DNA of 64,000 nucleotides from positions 224,001 to 288,000 of the forward strand of contig CAVRBU010000004.1 of assembly GCA_963719315.1 (NCBI GenBank), in the 5' to 3' direction. Numbering within the stretch: the first letter of the stretch is position 1; each line of letters opens with the position of its first letter. This document shows positions 50,020 to 61,700 of this stretch, piece by piece. The DNA is from an uncultured Planctomycetota bacterium. Its GTDB lineage: Bacteria > Planctomycetota > Planctomycetia > Pirellulales > Lacipirellulaceae. A program made the translations under genes and the position numbers. The notes below the pieces were generated by a model. That model had not been told where the DNA came from and did no database searches. It saw only the letters and a program-made list of their open reading frames with translations.

Positions 50020-52287
50020 CTACACTTCCGTCGCGATCGTGGCTGCCGTCTTGGTCGCCTTCCCATCACCTTCGCGGGCCATGAGATACGACTTCAAGCT
50101 GCCTAGGAGCCGGCGAGCCCTTTCGACCGTTGCCTCGCGGCGTCGGTCGCGGTCGCGGCGGGGGCTAATCACCACGTCGATCCGCGTTTCCACGTAGACG
50201 CCGGAGGCAAAACCCTGTGTATTGGAACGCTCCGCGTGCTGTTGCGATAGTTTCAGGTTGATCAGGAATGACACCGGTCGATCGGTGGTTCGGCGATTCG
50301 CGTGGGCGTGCCCGTCGCTGACGATCAATTGCAGCTCGTTGTCGTTCGTCTTGACGATCTTGGCGTTCTGATCGGCAATGAACCCACGTAGCTTCTGAAT
50401 GGCCACTTCGATCGGCACGGTTGTGACTAGCGCCGCTTCGACCAGCGCAGAGCCGCGCAGCGACAGAAATGGCCACCAACTGCGCTTCACTTTTTCTTCC
50501 ATCATTCCGTCCCCCAATTGAACAACTTGATTTCGTCCCTGGTCTTTGGCTTGCAGCAGGGCGCGGTCGGAGCGCCGCAGCATTGTTTCCGGCGTATCGC
50601 CGGGCTGCAATTCCGTAACGCCGAAACTAGCCGTGAACGATGCGTTTCCGAGGCAATTGTGTTTGACTTCCGCAAGCGACTTGCGGATCGACTCGGCTTT
50701 GCGGACAGCGGCAGCGTTCGTGCAGTCGGCACAGAGGATGGCAAATTCCTCGCCGCCGTAGCGGGCCACAAGGTCGCCGGAGCGGCAGGTGGCCTTGAGC
50801 AGCGATGCGAACGTGATGATCGCCGCATCGCCAGCCTGGTGGCCGTGCGTATCGTTGATTGACTTGAAGTGGTCGAGGTCGCACATGATCAAGCTGCAAG
50901 GCAAGTTCGATTCCTGATGCGCCGCGACGAAGTTGTTCAGCATGCGGTCGAATTCGGCCCGATTCGCGACCTGCGTCATCGGATCCTTGGAGACCTGCGC
51001 ATGTAGCGCCTGGCATTTTTCCTCGAGCGACGTTTCACTGGATACGTCGTGCAGCAGCACCGTGGCGCCGCGGATCTCGCCGTCGTTCGAGCGAACGGGG
51101 ATGGCGTGCAGATCGACCGCAATGTGATGCCCTTGCCGGCCCATCATGCTCACCCGGCCCAACCACTGGACACCGGTTGAAATCGCGTGAGCCACCGGGC
51201 AATCTTCGTCGGCCACCCGCCGTTCGCGGCTGTTGCGCATATCCAATAGGCCCGGCAGCAGCGTTCGGCCGCACGCGGCCGCGGCACTCACGCCCGTCAG
51301 ACGTTCGACGCCCGTGTTCCACTGCAAAATGGTAGATTGGCTATCGACGAATACAACTCCGTCGTGCATGTTGTCGATGAGCTTGTTCTCGAATAGCGCA
51401 TTGGTGGATTCGGCGAATTGATCGCCGCGTTCCGGGCGCTCGCGCTCAACCATGTTCCACGGCACGGCGTGGCCTTCGCTCGGCAGGCGATGGAGCCAAC
51501 GGCGAGCCAGCTTATCGGTCAGTAGATTCTGGTCCTGTGAGAACAATCTTTGGAACTGCCGTACTAATTCGGGGTCGAACTGGCGGCCAGAGAATTCGAA
51601 CAGCTCGGCCAGCGCACGCTCGCGGGAGCGCGCCGGGCGGTACAATTGGTCGGTGGTCATCGAGTCGAACGCATCGACGATCGACAATATCCGCGATGCC
51701 AGTGGCAGTTTTTCACCGTGGCGATCCTGGTTGCGGCCGTCGGCACAGTACCACGCGCGGCAGTAGTGCACGATTTCCAATAGCGATTGCGGCGCGCCGC
51801 TGCTCGCCAGAACGTCCGTCGTTAGCGCCGCGTGGCGCGACATCAAAGCGGCTTCTTCGGGCGTGAGGCGACCCGGCTTCAGGAGCACCTTATCGGGCAC
51901 GCCGATCTTGCCAACGTCGTGCAGCAATGCGGCAACTTCGAGCAAATCGCGCGTTTCTTCATCGAGCTGAAGGATGGCCGCCCAGGAGCTGCAACCCAGC
52001 GCGACGCGCAACGAGTGCGACGCCGTCTGCGGGTGTTTGGCGCGGAGGGCGGCATGCAACCCGCTGGCCATTCCGAGCCGGGCCTGTACGAGTTTCAACT
52101 CGTGGGCGCTAGCCCGCTTCTCGGCGAGGGATTGTCCGCTCTCCGCCGCGGCCTCGTCCAACGTATTGAGCAGCGCAGAGATATTGCTGACCTGCCGCGC
52201 CGGCGGGGTGATCGATACCGCAGGTGCCGGGGCGTAACCCAACTCGGGCGGGTTGATCAGCGTGTTTGATTCGACGAGTTCGGCCAT
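50020..52287 (-). CDS. HD-GYP-like + PAS + GGDEF diguanylate cyclase
   Basis: HSLRV, HDVGK and DAFDSMT. PAS (DNMHDGV...WN). DLDHFKSINDTHGH and RYGGEEF. Confidence 0.92.
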   Translation of the reverse strand: MAELVESNTLINPPELGYAPAPAVSITPPARQVSNISALLNTLDEAAAESGQSLAEKRASAHELKLVQARLGMASGLHAALRAKHPQTASHSLRVALGCSSWAAILQLDEETRDLLEVAALLHDVGKIGVPDKVLLKPGRLTPEEAALMSRHAALTTDVLASSGAPQSLLEIVHYCRAWYCADGRNQDRHGEKLPLASRILSIVDAFDSMTTDQLYRPARSRERALAELFEFSGRQFDPELVRQFQRLFSQDQNLLTDKLARRWLHRLPSEGHAVPWNMVERERPERGDQFAESTNALFENKLIDNMHDGVVFVDSQSTILQWNTGVERLTGVSAAAACGRTLLPGLLDMRNSRERRVADEDCPVAHAISTGVQWLGRVSMMGRQGHHIAVDLHAIPVRSNDGEIRGATVLLHDVSSETSLEEKCQALHAQVSKDPMTQVANRAEFDRMLNNFVAAHQESNLPCSLIMCDLDHFKSINDTHGHQAGDAAIITFASLLKATCRSGDLVARYGGEEFAILCADCTNAAAVRKAESIRKSLAEVKHNCLGNASFTASFGVTELQPGDTPETMLRRSDRALLQAKDQGRNQVVQLGDGMMEEKVKRSWWPFLSLRGSALVEAALVTTVPIEVAIQKLRGFIADQNAKIVKTNDNELQLIVSDGHAHANRRTTDRPVSFLINLKLSQQHAERSNTQGFASGVYVETRIDVVISPRRDRDRRREATVERARRLLGSLKSYLMAREGDGKATKTAATIATEV

Positions 52288-52716
52288 CGGACAAAGTGGC
52301 GTAACAATGTTGCAGTTTGCCGAAACTCAGCGCACCGGTTTCGGTTGGCCCCGGCAGCAGCCGCAGGGTTCGCCCAAACACTACTCTTGCAACCGTAGGT
52401 CACTGGACGCCCGCAGGCAAAGAAACCGCTGGCTTTTTCGTGTTTTCGCGCCTCTGAAACCAGTCGTATCAATAAGGTGTCTGAGGCAACGCCCCAGAGG
52501 ATCATGTGTGACTCCAGAGGCGGCGCAACTACCTGCTTCGCGCACGTGCTAGCTCAAGCCCAGTGCCAAACTCATTGCAGCCGCTACAACCCGTCGCTCG
52601 TGTTCAACGAAGCAGTTGCATGCATTGAAATGCCGATAGGGATTATGCACCTCGTGCCGGCTGTACCACTTGGTGCTGTAGTGACGGTACACAGTAATGC
52701 AAGTGGAACTACTGCT

Positions 52717-53865
52717 ATGGCAAACCTCCCAGGCCGCGATCGACGACGCCGAGTGCTCAAGGATGAGGTCCTCTCGGCATCCAACAGCTATGCCAACTTC
52801 CGCGCAGCAGACGGCGACGATGAGCCCAGTAATGCGCCGCGTTACAGCGAAGCGGCGGGTGTCGAGAACCATCCGCAAATTACCGATTTCGTACCCCGAC
52901 GGTATTCCACGATCGCGATCCTGGTCGTGATGGGCGCGGGCTTGACGGCGGCGCTCGCGGCCCTGCATTACTTCGCGATGCCGATCGCGGCAGTCAGCGG
53001 AATGCGAAGCGTCGCAGCCATCGATCTTACTTCGAGCGGTAGCCTCGGCGCTTGGCTCTCCGCGGTGGTGCTACTCCTGGCCAGCGCTACGTGCTTGCTC
53101 ACGTACTCGATCCGCCGGCACCGAATCGACGATTTCCGCGGCCGCTACCGCGTTTGGTTCCTGGCCGCCGTGGCTTGCTTCGTGGCGAGCGCGGATAGCG
53201 TCGCCGGGTTGCATCAAATCGCGGCCGACACGCTGAGCCATTTCACGGGCTGGACCGCGCTCCGCGATGGCGCCGTGTGGTGGATGCTACTTGCCGGCGT
53301 GCCGATTGGTTGGGTCGTGCTGCGGGCGCTGTTCGACGTGCGCGAAAACCGCGTCGCGGCCGCTCTCTTGATCGCGGCGTTGGGCTGCTATACTATGAGC
53401 GCCGTAAGCTACCTCGGCTTCGCGCGGATCGCGGATCCCCAAATGCGGTCGATCGCCGTTGGAGGGACGCTCCTAATGGGCCATTGGCTAATACTAGCCT
53501 CTGCCGTGTCCTACGCGCGGTTTGTCGTGCTCGATGCCCAAGGACTCATCACCGTTCGGCGACGAGCAGTGGCCAAGCGCGCAGCCAAAGAGGGATCTGC
53601 AAAGATCGCGAAAGAATCCGCCCCCCAACCGACGCCCAAGCCGGCTGCCACGATCTTTTCCGCCGCCGGAATTTCGCGACCGACGACGCTGCAGACGGCC
53701 AAGACGGCCGCCGATTCCAGCCGCTGGCTCGATGGTAGTCGGCCCGAAAGTAAGCGATACGAGGACGACGATGAAGACGGCGATTCCTCGGACGGCGACC
53801 GCAAATTAAGCAAGGCGGATCGCAAGCGGCTCCGCAAGCTCAAAGCGCAGGGACGCGCGGCGTAG
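52717..53865 (+). CDS. Hypothetical multi-pass membrane protein
   Basis: About 6 hydrophobic helices, RRHRIDDFRGRYRVW and a basic tail LSKADRKRLRK. Confidence 0.75.
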   Translation: MANLPGRDRRRRVLKDEVLSASNSYANFRAADGDDEPSNAPRYSEAAGVENHPQITDFVPRRYSTIAILVVMGAGLTAALAALHYFAMPIAAVSGMRSVAAIDLTSSGSLGAWLSAVVLLLASATCLLTYSIRRHRIDDFRGRYRVWFLAAVACFVASADSVAGLHQIAADTLSHFTGWTALRDGAVWWMLLAGVPIGWVVLRALFDVRENRVAAALLIAALGCYTMSAVSYLGFARIADPQMRSIAVGGTLLMGHWLILASAVSYARFVVLDAQGLITVRRRAVAKRAAKEGSAKIAKESAPQPTPKPAATIFSAAGISRPTTLQTAKTAADSSRWLDGSRPESKRYEDDDEDGDSSDGDRKLSKADRKRLRKLKAQGRAA

Positions 53866-53939
53866 GACTGGATGCTGGCAGCGAGATGCGGGATACTAGG
53901 TCGCTCTCAACCCCGTATCCCTCATCCTGAATTTCCCTT

Positions 53940-55505
53940 ATGACCGTTCGCACGCGTTTCGCGCCCAGCCCGACAGGCTACCTGCACATTGGCGGCGTGC
54001 GGACCGCGCTCTTCAATTGGCTGCTCTCAAAGGGGCAGGGGGGGCAATTCATCTTGCGGATCGATGACACCGATGCGCATCGAAACGTCGACGAAGCCCT
54101 GGTGCCCATCCTCCATGGCCTGAAATGGGTCGGGCTCGATTGGGACGAAGGACCCGAAGTTGGCGGGCCGTATGGACCGTATTATCAGTCTCAGCGGCTG
54201 GATAAATACCAGACTGCGGTTACGCAATTGCTGGCGGCCGGCGCTGCTTATCGCGATTTCGCCACGACCGAGGAGTTGCAGGCCGAGCGCGATGAGGCCC
54301 AAAAATCGGGACGGCCGTTCGTTTACAGTCGCCGCTGGCGGGCCGAGACCGAATCCGATGCCAAACGCTTCGAGTCGGAAGGCCGGCAGGGTGTCGTGCG
54401 ATTGCTGATGCCTCGCGAAGGCCAGTTCGTGCTCAATGACCTGGTCCGTGGCGAAGTGCGAATCGATTGGGCCAGCGAACAGGATCACGTGATTCAACGG
54501 GCCGACGGCACCTGCCTCTACCACTTGGCCACCGTAGTAGACGACCACGACATGCGGATTTCGCACGTCGTGCGCGCCGAAGAACACCTCTCCAACACGG
54601 CGCGGCAAGTGTTCATGTTCGAGAAGCTCGGTTACGAGTTACCACAATTCGCGCACCTGCCGTATGTCGCCGAGCCGGGCAGCAAAACGAAGCTCAGCAA
54701 ACGTAAGCTCGAAAAGTACCTCAAGAATCGTGATTTCGCGCAACTCATGGAGCACGGCCAGTCCATCGCTCGCCGAATGGGCCTCGCCGTGAATGCCGAG
54801 ACTTTCAATCCGGTGATTGTCGATTTCTATAAGCAAGTCGGCTACCTGCCCGATGCTCTTCTCAATTACTTGCTGCTGCTCGGCTGGTCGCTGGACGGCG
54901 CCACCGAGGAATTCACGCGCGACGCAATGCTCCGCAACTTTTCGCTGGAGCGCGTCAACAAGTCCCCAGCCAGTTTCGATTGCGAAAAGTTGATCGCGTT
55001 CGAATCGCGGGCAATGCAGCAAGTGCCGATAAAGCAGCGGGTGGCGAAAGTCGTGCCGTTTCTACAACGGGCCAAACTCGTCACTGATCCGCCGCCCTGC
55101 GCCACGGCTCCTTACGTTACGCGAATCTTGGAAGCGGCCGGCGATCGCGTGAAGGTGGCCGGCGATATCCTTGATTTCGATGACTTTTTCGTCCCTGACG
55201 AGCTATTGCAGTTCGACGAAGCCGCACTCGACAAGCGCCTCCGCAAACAGGCTGGGGCACGCGGGCTATTGGCAAAGTATCGAGATTCGTTGGCCGAGGT
55301 CGAACCTTTTTCCGTTGAACAATTAGAGAAGTCGGCGCACGAATTCGTCACGGCAAACGGCATCAAGATCGGCGACATCGTGCATGCCGTACGTGTCGCA
55401 ATCACGGGGAAAGCGGTCGGATTCGGCTTGTTCGATACACTGGCCATTCTCGGCCGGGACCGGTGCTTGGCCCGGATCCATCGAGCCCTTGAAATCACTG
55501 CGTAA
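53940..55505 (+). CDS. gltX: Glutamate--tRNA ligase
   Basis: [43 protein letters not shown] and KLSKR. Confidence 0.97.
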   Translation: MTVRTRFAPSPTGYLHIGGVRTALFNWLLSKGQGGQFILRIDDTDAHRNVDEALVPILHGLKWVGLDWDEGPEVGGPYGPYYQSQRLDKYQTAVTQLLAAGAAYRDFATTEELQAERDEAQKSGRPFVYSRRWRAETESDAKRFESEGRQGVVRLLMPREGQFVLNDLVRGEVRIDWASEQDHVIQRADGTCLYHLATVVDDHDMRISHVVRAEEHLSNTARQVFMFEKLGYELPQFAHLPYVAEPGSKTKLSKRKLEKYLKNRDFAQLMEHGQSIARRMGLAVNAETFNPVIVDFYKQVGYLPDALLNYLLLLGWSLDGATEEFTRDAMLRNFSLERVNKSPASFDCEKLIAFESRAMQQVPIKQRVAKVVPFLQRAKLVTDPPPCATAPYVTRILEAAGDRVKVAGDILDFDDFFVPDELLQFDEAALDKRLRKQAGARGLLAKYRDSLAEVEPFSVEQLEKSAHEFVTANGIKIGDIVHAVRVAITGKAVGFGLFDTLAILGRDRCLARIHRALEITA

Positions 55506-55595
55506 TGTCGTACATTGAACTCCCGGACACGATGAGGCACGCGCTGGAAACCGGCGCGAGGGGTGGTTGTACGCTTATTGCTTGTGGCCCTTGTC

Positions 55596-57008
55596 ATGTC
55601 TATCGGCTCGCCCAAACTGGCGCGACGCGAACAAGCCATCGAGGCGGCGCGGCGGCGCATTCGTCGGCTGGAGATCGAAACGCATCGGGTCAAGGCCGAT
55701 CTGGCGCGGCTAGAGGCCGACTACGAAGACGATGTGGCAGACACACTCTCGCGGAAACTGCGCCGGCGCGATCGTGAGGACAAGGCGGATCGTCAGGAAG
55801 GATTCGACGAAGCAGACGATCTTGCGCTATCACCCACGCTGATTGCTTGCGGTGGATCAGGGCCGGCTGCCGCCGTATTGCCTTTCGCATCGCCACCAAT
55901 CAAGCGGAGAACGCAGGCTAGAGCCGTCCCAAAGCGACGCGGCGACGACTCGCCGGCCGATCACAAGAGAAAAGAAGCGCCGCCGGCGATAGTCGCGGAA
56001 CCAACTGGACCGGCGTCGCCGGGTCAACCGTTAGCGCGACCGCGTGGCATAGTTGCCTACCGCAAAACCGCGACGCCGCTGATGTTCAGCCTGGCACTGC
56101 ATGCCGTCATATTATTGTTCTGCGTGTCGTTCACGTTCGTCACACTCGTGCAGCAGCAAATTCCGCTGTTCGCCAGCCCGGTGGAAGCGGATGATGAAAT
56201 CCCGGCGCCGATCGCCGAAGTAAAGATCGATCCTATCAAGTTCGACGACGCCGAGTTACAGAACACGATTTCACAGGCAGACGAGTTCAACATCGCCGAC
56301 AATTTGGTCCGCGAGTTAGAGCCCGCTCAACTTGGCGCGGGAACCGGGCCTGTGGGGGACATCGGCCAGCTCGACGCACTGCCGAGCGACCTGTGCGTAC
56401 TGATGGCCGGCGCCGGCAAACCCAGCAGCGGCAAGCCCGGCGGCGACTTGGGCGCGGCCGTGTTTTTTGGCACCCGATCCAAAGGGGATCGATTCGTGTT
56501 CGTGATCGACAACTCGAGTAGCATGAAAAACGGCAAGCTGGAAGTGGCCCGCGCTGAACTCGTGAAGACCGTGGAATCGCTTTCGCCCAAGCAGTCGTTC
56601 TACGTGATCTTCGTCAGTGACCAGACGTATCCAATGTTTTACCCCCAGCCGGAACTCGATCTAATTCCGGCGATTTCTGCCAACAAGAAGCGACTTATCG
56701 ATTGGCTGCCAAAGGCAATACTCGCATCCGGCAAGAATCGCGAGCTCATCAAAGCCATGGACATGGCGGCGGCCCTCCACCCGCACGCCGTCTTCTTGCT
56801 GTGGGACGGCGACATGCGCTACAGCGACAACGTGCGACTCGACGTGATGACGCACCTTACTGCCCCCAATCAATGGAACTTCACGGTTCACACGCTTGGA
56901 TTGGGGATCACCTCCGCCGATGCCGAGCAAAACCTCACCGCCATCGCCCAGGCCCACGGCGGACTCTATCGGCGAATCGAAGTGCCCAAACCCGTGCGCG
57001 GCAAGTAG
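55596..57008 (+). CDS. Membrane-anchored vWA-domain protein (start uncertain)
   Basis: N-terminal coiled coil, TM SLALHAVILLF, FFGT and MIDAS FVIDNSSSM. Confidence 0.8.
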   Translation: MSIGSPKLARREQAIEAARRRIRRLEIETHRVKADLARLEADYEDDVADTLSRKLRRRDREDKADRQEGFDEADDLALSPTLIACGGSGPAAAVLPFASPPIKRRTQARAVPKRRGDDSPADHKRKEAPPAIVAEPTGPASPGQPLARPRGIVAYRKTATPLMFSLALHAVILLFCVSFTFVTLVQQQIPLFASPVEADDEIPAPIAEVKIDPIKFDDAELQNTISQADEFNIADNLVRELEPAQLGAGTGPVGDIGQLDALPSDLCVLMAGAGKPSSGKPGGDLGAAVFFGTRSKGDRFVFVIDNSSSMKNGKLEVARAELVKTVESLSPKQSFYVIFVSDQTYPMFYPQPELDLIPAISANKKRLIDWLPKAILASGKNRELIKAMDMAAALHPHAVFLLWDGDMRYSDNVRLDVMTHLTAPNQWNFTVHTLGLGITSADAEQNLTAIAQAHGGLYRRIEVPKPVRGK

Positions 57009-57111
57009 CAGCGCCGAAAATCTTGCTGCGCAGCCGCACTTGCCGCAAGAGTCTTTTCGCCTAACACTTAATTGCCCGATCATCGCTCCGCAGTTCTAAT
57101 TCGCCCGCCCC

Positions 57112-58029
57112 ATGCCGCACGATCATTCGCACGTTGATGAAACCATGAGCGATCGCCGGCTCGTGTGGTCGCTCGTATTGAATTTGCTGCTGACGATTTT
57201 CGAGGTGATTGCCGGCATGTTCGCTGGCAGCCTGGCGCTTGTGGCCGATGCGGTCCACAACCTCAGCGATTGCGGGACGTTCGTGATCGCACTTGTCGCT
57301 CGGCGAATCGGCCGGCTGCCCTCGGATGAACGCCGCACGTTCGGCTATCGCCGGGCCGAGATCATCGGCGCGCTCATCAACCTGACCGTCCTGGTCGTGA
57401 CGAGTTTGTACCTCATCTACGAGGCAATCGAACGGCTATTTGCTCAACATGCAATCAACGGTTGGATTGTGGTGATCGCGGCCAGCGTGGCGCTGGTGGT
57501 CAATGTGGCCACGGCGGCGCTGTTGCACGCTACTTCGCGCGGCAACATGAACGTGCGGGCGGCGTACCTGCACAATCTCGGCGATTCGCTGTCGTCGGCC
57601 GGTGTGATCGTGGCCGGCATCGTGATCTTGTGGTTTGGCGCCGTCTGGGTCGATTCGCTGATTACGCTTCTAGTGTCCGCATTTATCTTATGGCAGAGCG
57701 TTCCGGACATACGGCGATCGATTCACATCTTGATGGAGGGGGCGCCCGCCGACGTGAACGCGGATGAGCTCCTGGCGGCCATGCAATCGGTCGCGGGCGT
57801 CGGCGAAGTTCATCACTTGCACCTGTGGGAATTGGACGAGCACGAGCGGGCGCTCGAAGCGCACGTGGTCGTGGAAGCCAGCGACTTGGAGCGGTGGTCC
57901 GTAATCAAGCGCGAGATCAAATTGCGGCTCGTCGAGCGATTCCACATCCATCATTCAACGCTGGAACTTGAGGGCCGCGGCGAAGCTTCGTGCCAGCCTT
58001 GTCCGCCCAATCAGCGGCATCAGTGCTAG
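57112..58029 (+). CDS. Cation diffusion facilitator transporter (CzcD/ZitB-like)
   Basis: SLALVADAVHNLSD, TFGYRRAE, AYLHNLGD, HHLHLW and HSTLELE. Confidence 0.94.
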   Translation: MPHDHSHVDETMSDRRLVWSLVLNLLLTIFEVIAGMFAGSLALVADAVHNLSDCGTFVIALVARRIGRLPSDERRTFGYRRAEIIGALINLTVLVVTSLYLIYEAIERLFAQHAINGWIVVIAASVALVVNVATAALLHATSRGNMNVRAAYLHNLGDSLSSAGVIVAGIVILWFGAVWVDSLITLLVSAFILWQSVPDIRRSIHILMEGAPADVNADELLAAMQSVAGVGEVHHLHLWELDEHERALEAHVVVEASDLERWSVIKREIKLRLVERFHIHHSTLELEGRGEASCQPCPPNQRHQC

Positions 58030-58200
58030 CTTTCATTGTAGGGCACCGCCCACTATCTTGCTGCCGCAGCCCAGTATCAGGGTAATTTTCGGCGCCGTGG
58101 TGGGCAGTGCTCACGCTACTGTTCAAGTTTTCCGGTTATTCCGGTCGATCTACCGATGAGCAATTCTTGTCTGCGTACACGACTCAGCATTCGCCGCGTC

Positions 58201-58750
58201 ATGGCCTCTAACGAAGAAATGTCGACCACAATCAACCGCCTTACCAGCGGGTTGATCAACGCGATTCTCGGCGCTGATTCTTTGGGTTGGCCAGACGACC
58301 TTCCGCCATGCCGGCATTTTGGCCGGCGTTGATGAAAAGCTTAACGGCGTCAAACATCAATTCGAAGACGTGGACAAGCGCCAGGAAGGCATGAAGACGT
58401 GGCTGATGAATGTCATTTCGGAGATGAAAGACAGCAGCCGGACGCAGTTTACGGCAAAAGACGGCGATAAGCTGGTCGCTCAAGTGCGGCAGGCCGAACA
58501 ATTCACAGCCGATCTGGAACGGAGGTTCGCCCAGAGGATTAACGCACTAGACTTGAAACTGGCCACCCTCGAAGCGCAGCACCACGACTCACAGGACGTC
58601 GCCGCGTTGAGGATGGAAGTCACCCAACTCCGAAGCGACTTGACGCGGACTGCCGTTGCCCAGGAATCGCAGAATCAGCAGTACCAATCGGGCGATCGAT
58701 TTGCCCGCGGCGCGCCGGTGTATTTGCCGCCGGTGGACAGTCGGCGGTAG
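58201..58750 (+). CDS. Hypothetical TM + coiled-coil protein (frameshift near 58272)
   Basis: MASNEEMSTTINRLTSGLINAILG in one frame continues as LILWVGQTTFRHAG...VDEKL into ORF 58319..58750. Confidence 0.6.
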
Positions 58751-58786
58751 GCAGGCGGCCGCCATCGGAGACGTTCTCACGACAAC

Positions 58787-61700
58787 CTATTCGCTGCTAT
58801 TGCCATCGCCGTTATTGCCGTTGTTATTGTTCTGCTGATCGCCGCGATTGCCGTTGCGATTTTTTTCGCTTCGCTTCTTATTGCCTTCCTGCCCCGTCTG
58901 GCTTGGCTGCTGCTCGGGCCGATTGCCGAGCCAGGCTTTGCCTACGGCCTTTTCGAGAGCCTGCTGAATCGCCTTCGCCGAAACGTTGCCGTTCACTTGG
59001 TGCACTTGGACGGTAGTCTTGGGCGCGGCCTCATTGTCCAGCTCATGCACCATTCGCACGATGTCGTCGAAGAGCGCCTTTTGGGCCGACACGATGAGCA
59101 CGCCGGACACATCGTCCGCGCCGAGCGACAGCGCGCCATCGAAACCGATCTTCAAGGGCGTCGGCCGGTCGCTCTCGCTTTCGTTTGATCCGCCGTAGTT
59201 GATCACGGTCATGTGTTCGGTGCCGGAGCGATCCTCGCGCTTATCGCCGCGGTCGAACTCCTTATCGCGCTTGCTCAATAAGTCGCGGTACACTTCCTTC
59301 ACCGCGGCCGCGATGATCGAGGGTCGCGAATACTGAATCTTGATTGCCGCCGTCTGACGAATCTCGACCGAGTCCGATCGAGTCGGCTTATCGAATTGCT
59401 CGATCAACTGCTGAATCTCCGCGAGCTGCGTTGCCGAGGCATTCGCGACCAGGATGCTATTGCTGGGCCGATCGTACGTGATCATGAGTTTGCGGCGTTT
59501 CGAGAGGCCGCTGCCGGATTCCTTTTGGCTACCGGTCGGAACCAAGAAGCCGTTCCAATCGCGGATATAGTTGCCGGACTTGCCTTCCAAGTCATCTTTG
59601 AAGAAATCGGTGAGGTCGTACCACATTTCCGACGCGCGAATGTAGCGGCACGGAAATACCCTGAACCGTTTCTCCGGCGGCGTGAGTTGCTCGATCAACT
59701 CCTCCAGGCGGTCGAGCGCGGCCGTATCGTGTGAGCTGAGCATGAGCCGGCCATCGTCCGTGATCGTAATCGTGATCGGCGGCGCGGTCGCTTTGACCGG
59801 CGGCGCGACAGACGATTCCGCGGAGGGGGCCGCGGGCGCAACGGCCGTTGAAGCGGCATCGTCCGCAGCGCCTGCTGTCGCGGTCGAAGGCGCCGCCGCA
59901 TCGAGCTGGGCGAAATGAGCCGGGACCCGTGCGAGCAGCGAGGCATCGGTCGCTCGATCGGTCGCCGCGCCAGCCGCCGGCGCGGGCTGTGGCTTTTCAG
60001 CAGGCTCCTGCTTCTCGGCCGGAGCAGGCGATTTCGCTGCCGGCGCTTTGATTATCAACTCATTGCCGCCCGACGCGGGCCACGCGGCGCGAAGCTTTTC
60101 GAGCAAGGCTGCCGTATCTTTGGCGTCCGTTGGCGCGATGAGACGCACCGGGCGTGCATCCTGTTGGCCATTGGGAATCTCTCCCAATTTGACCAACAAA
60201 TCTCGAACTCGAGTCATCTCGGCTTCGTTCGCCCACAACAACAAGCGGTTGTGCTCGATATCGGCATCTACGCCAAAGCCTTTCACCGGTTTCTTCTTCT
60301 GTTCTCCGCGGTCGCGCCACGGATTGTAGTCCCAGGGATCGTAGCGACGACTTCTTTCGTCTTTCTCGTTTTGTCCACCCATCAAATTGTTGATCGAAGC
60401 CGCCACGGCATCGGCCGGCAGCTTCCGCAGCCAGATCACTTCGAACTGCCGTCCGGAGCCGTCGAACTGATCGATCAGGGAACTGATGCGCGCATGGTCC
60501 GCCGCGGTCGCCAACGCGAACAATGTCTTACTTTCGTCGTCTACTTTGAACTCGGCCGTGGGGCTGAGCCCCCCGATTTCCTCAAGCGTCGATACGAATT
60601 TCTCGGGATCGAGCGAGGTCAGCGGATACTTTTTCATCGTCCTCTGATCGTTGCTCGTCGCGCCGGCGCCGGACGATCCATCGGTGCCGAACGGCACGTC
60701 CAAGTAGTCGATCGTCTGCTCGATGACTTTCATTTGCTCCGGCGGGGCGTTGACCAGCACGCTATTGCGCTGCCGGTTATAGGCCAAATACACTTTGGGG
60801 GTGTCGGCCTTGGGCAGCATCATTTTCGACACGTCGCGGCCCTGCTGCTGCATCTGCTGCATCATTTGCAACTGTTGTTGCTGCATCTGAGGATTGGTCT
60901 GCGCAGGCTTTGCCTTTGGATCGACGCCCAATATTACATACAGAATCTCAATCACTTGTTGCGGCCGGGCGTGTTTGAGCACAAATTCTTTCGGCACAAT
61001 CCGCCCGTCCTGAATCATGCGCTCCGTATTCAATAGCTCGCTCACGGTGCGCAAATTGGCGACCGAATCCATCACCAGCAGCCGCTTCGTTGCAACCAAC
61101 GGGAAGACCTTCGCGGTCGGGCTCAACAACTGCTTGACATCGTCCTTCGCCTTGTCGACTTCCATGCTCGCGGGCAACTCAAACGAGACCTTCACGAAAT
61201 CGTACGGCTTCAAGTCGTAGAGCTGGTCTTCGGTTACGCGCCGCACCAAGCTCGGATCGAGCTTCTCGATTTTGAAGACGCTGAGGACATCGCCCGATTG
61301 GACCGCAGTGTAACCGCGAGCGTTCAGATGGCGATTGATCAAGTCGCGGACTTCGTCGAGCGAATAGGCGCGTTGGGTCGTCAGGTTGAGATAGTCGTTC
61401 GGCAGTTCTTGCCAATCGAGGCTGCACTTCGAAATGTTGGCCAGCCACTGCATCACATCGGGCCAAGGTTGCCCAATAAAGTTGAACGGCGGCACGCGGC
61501 CGTTGTCGAGCTTGACATCGAACTCGCGCGGGTCGGGCACGCGCGGCGGCTTTTCCGGCCGCTTGACCGTCGTGGGCGGCTCTTCCTTCTTCTCTCCGCC
61601 CTCGGCCTCTTTCTTTTTGTCGCCTTCGCCGGGTTTGCCTGGCTGCGCGGGCTGACCCGGCTGAGCGCCTGGCTGGGCGCCGGGCGGTGGGCCGTGTTGG

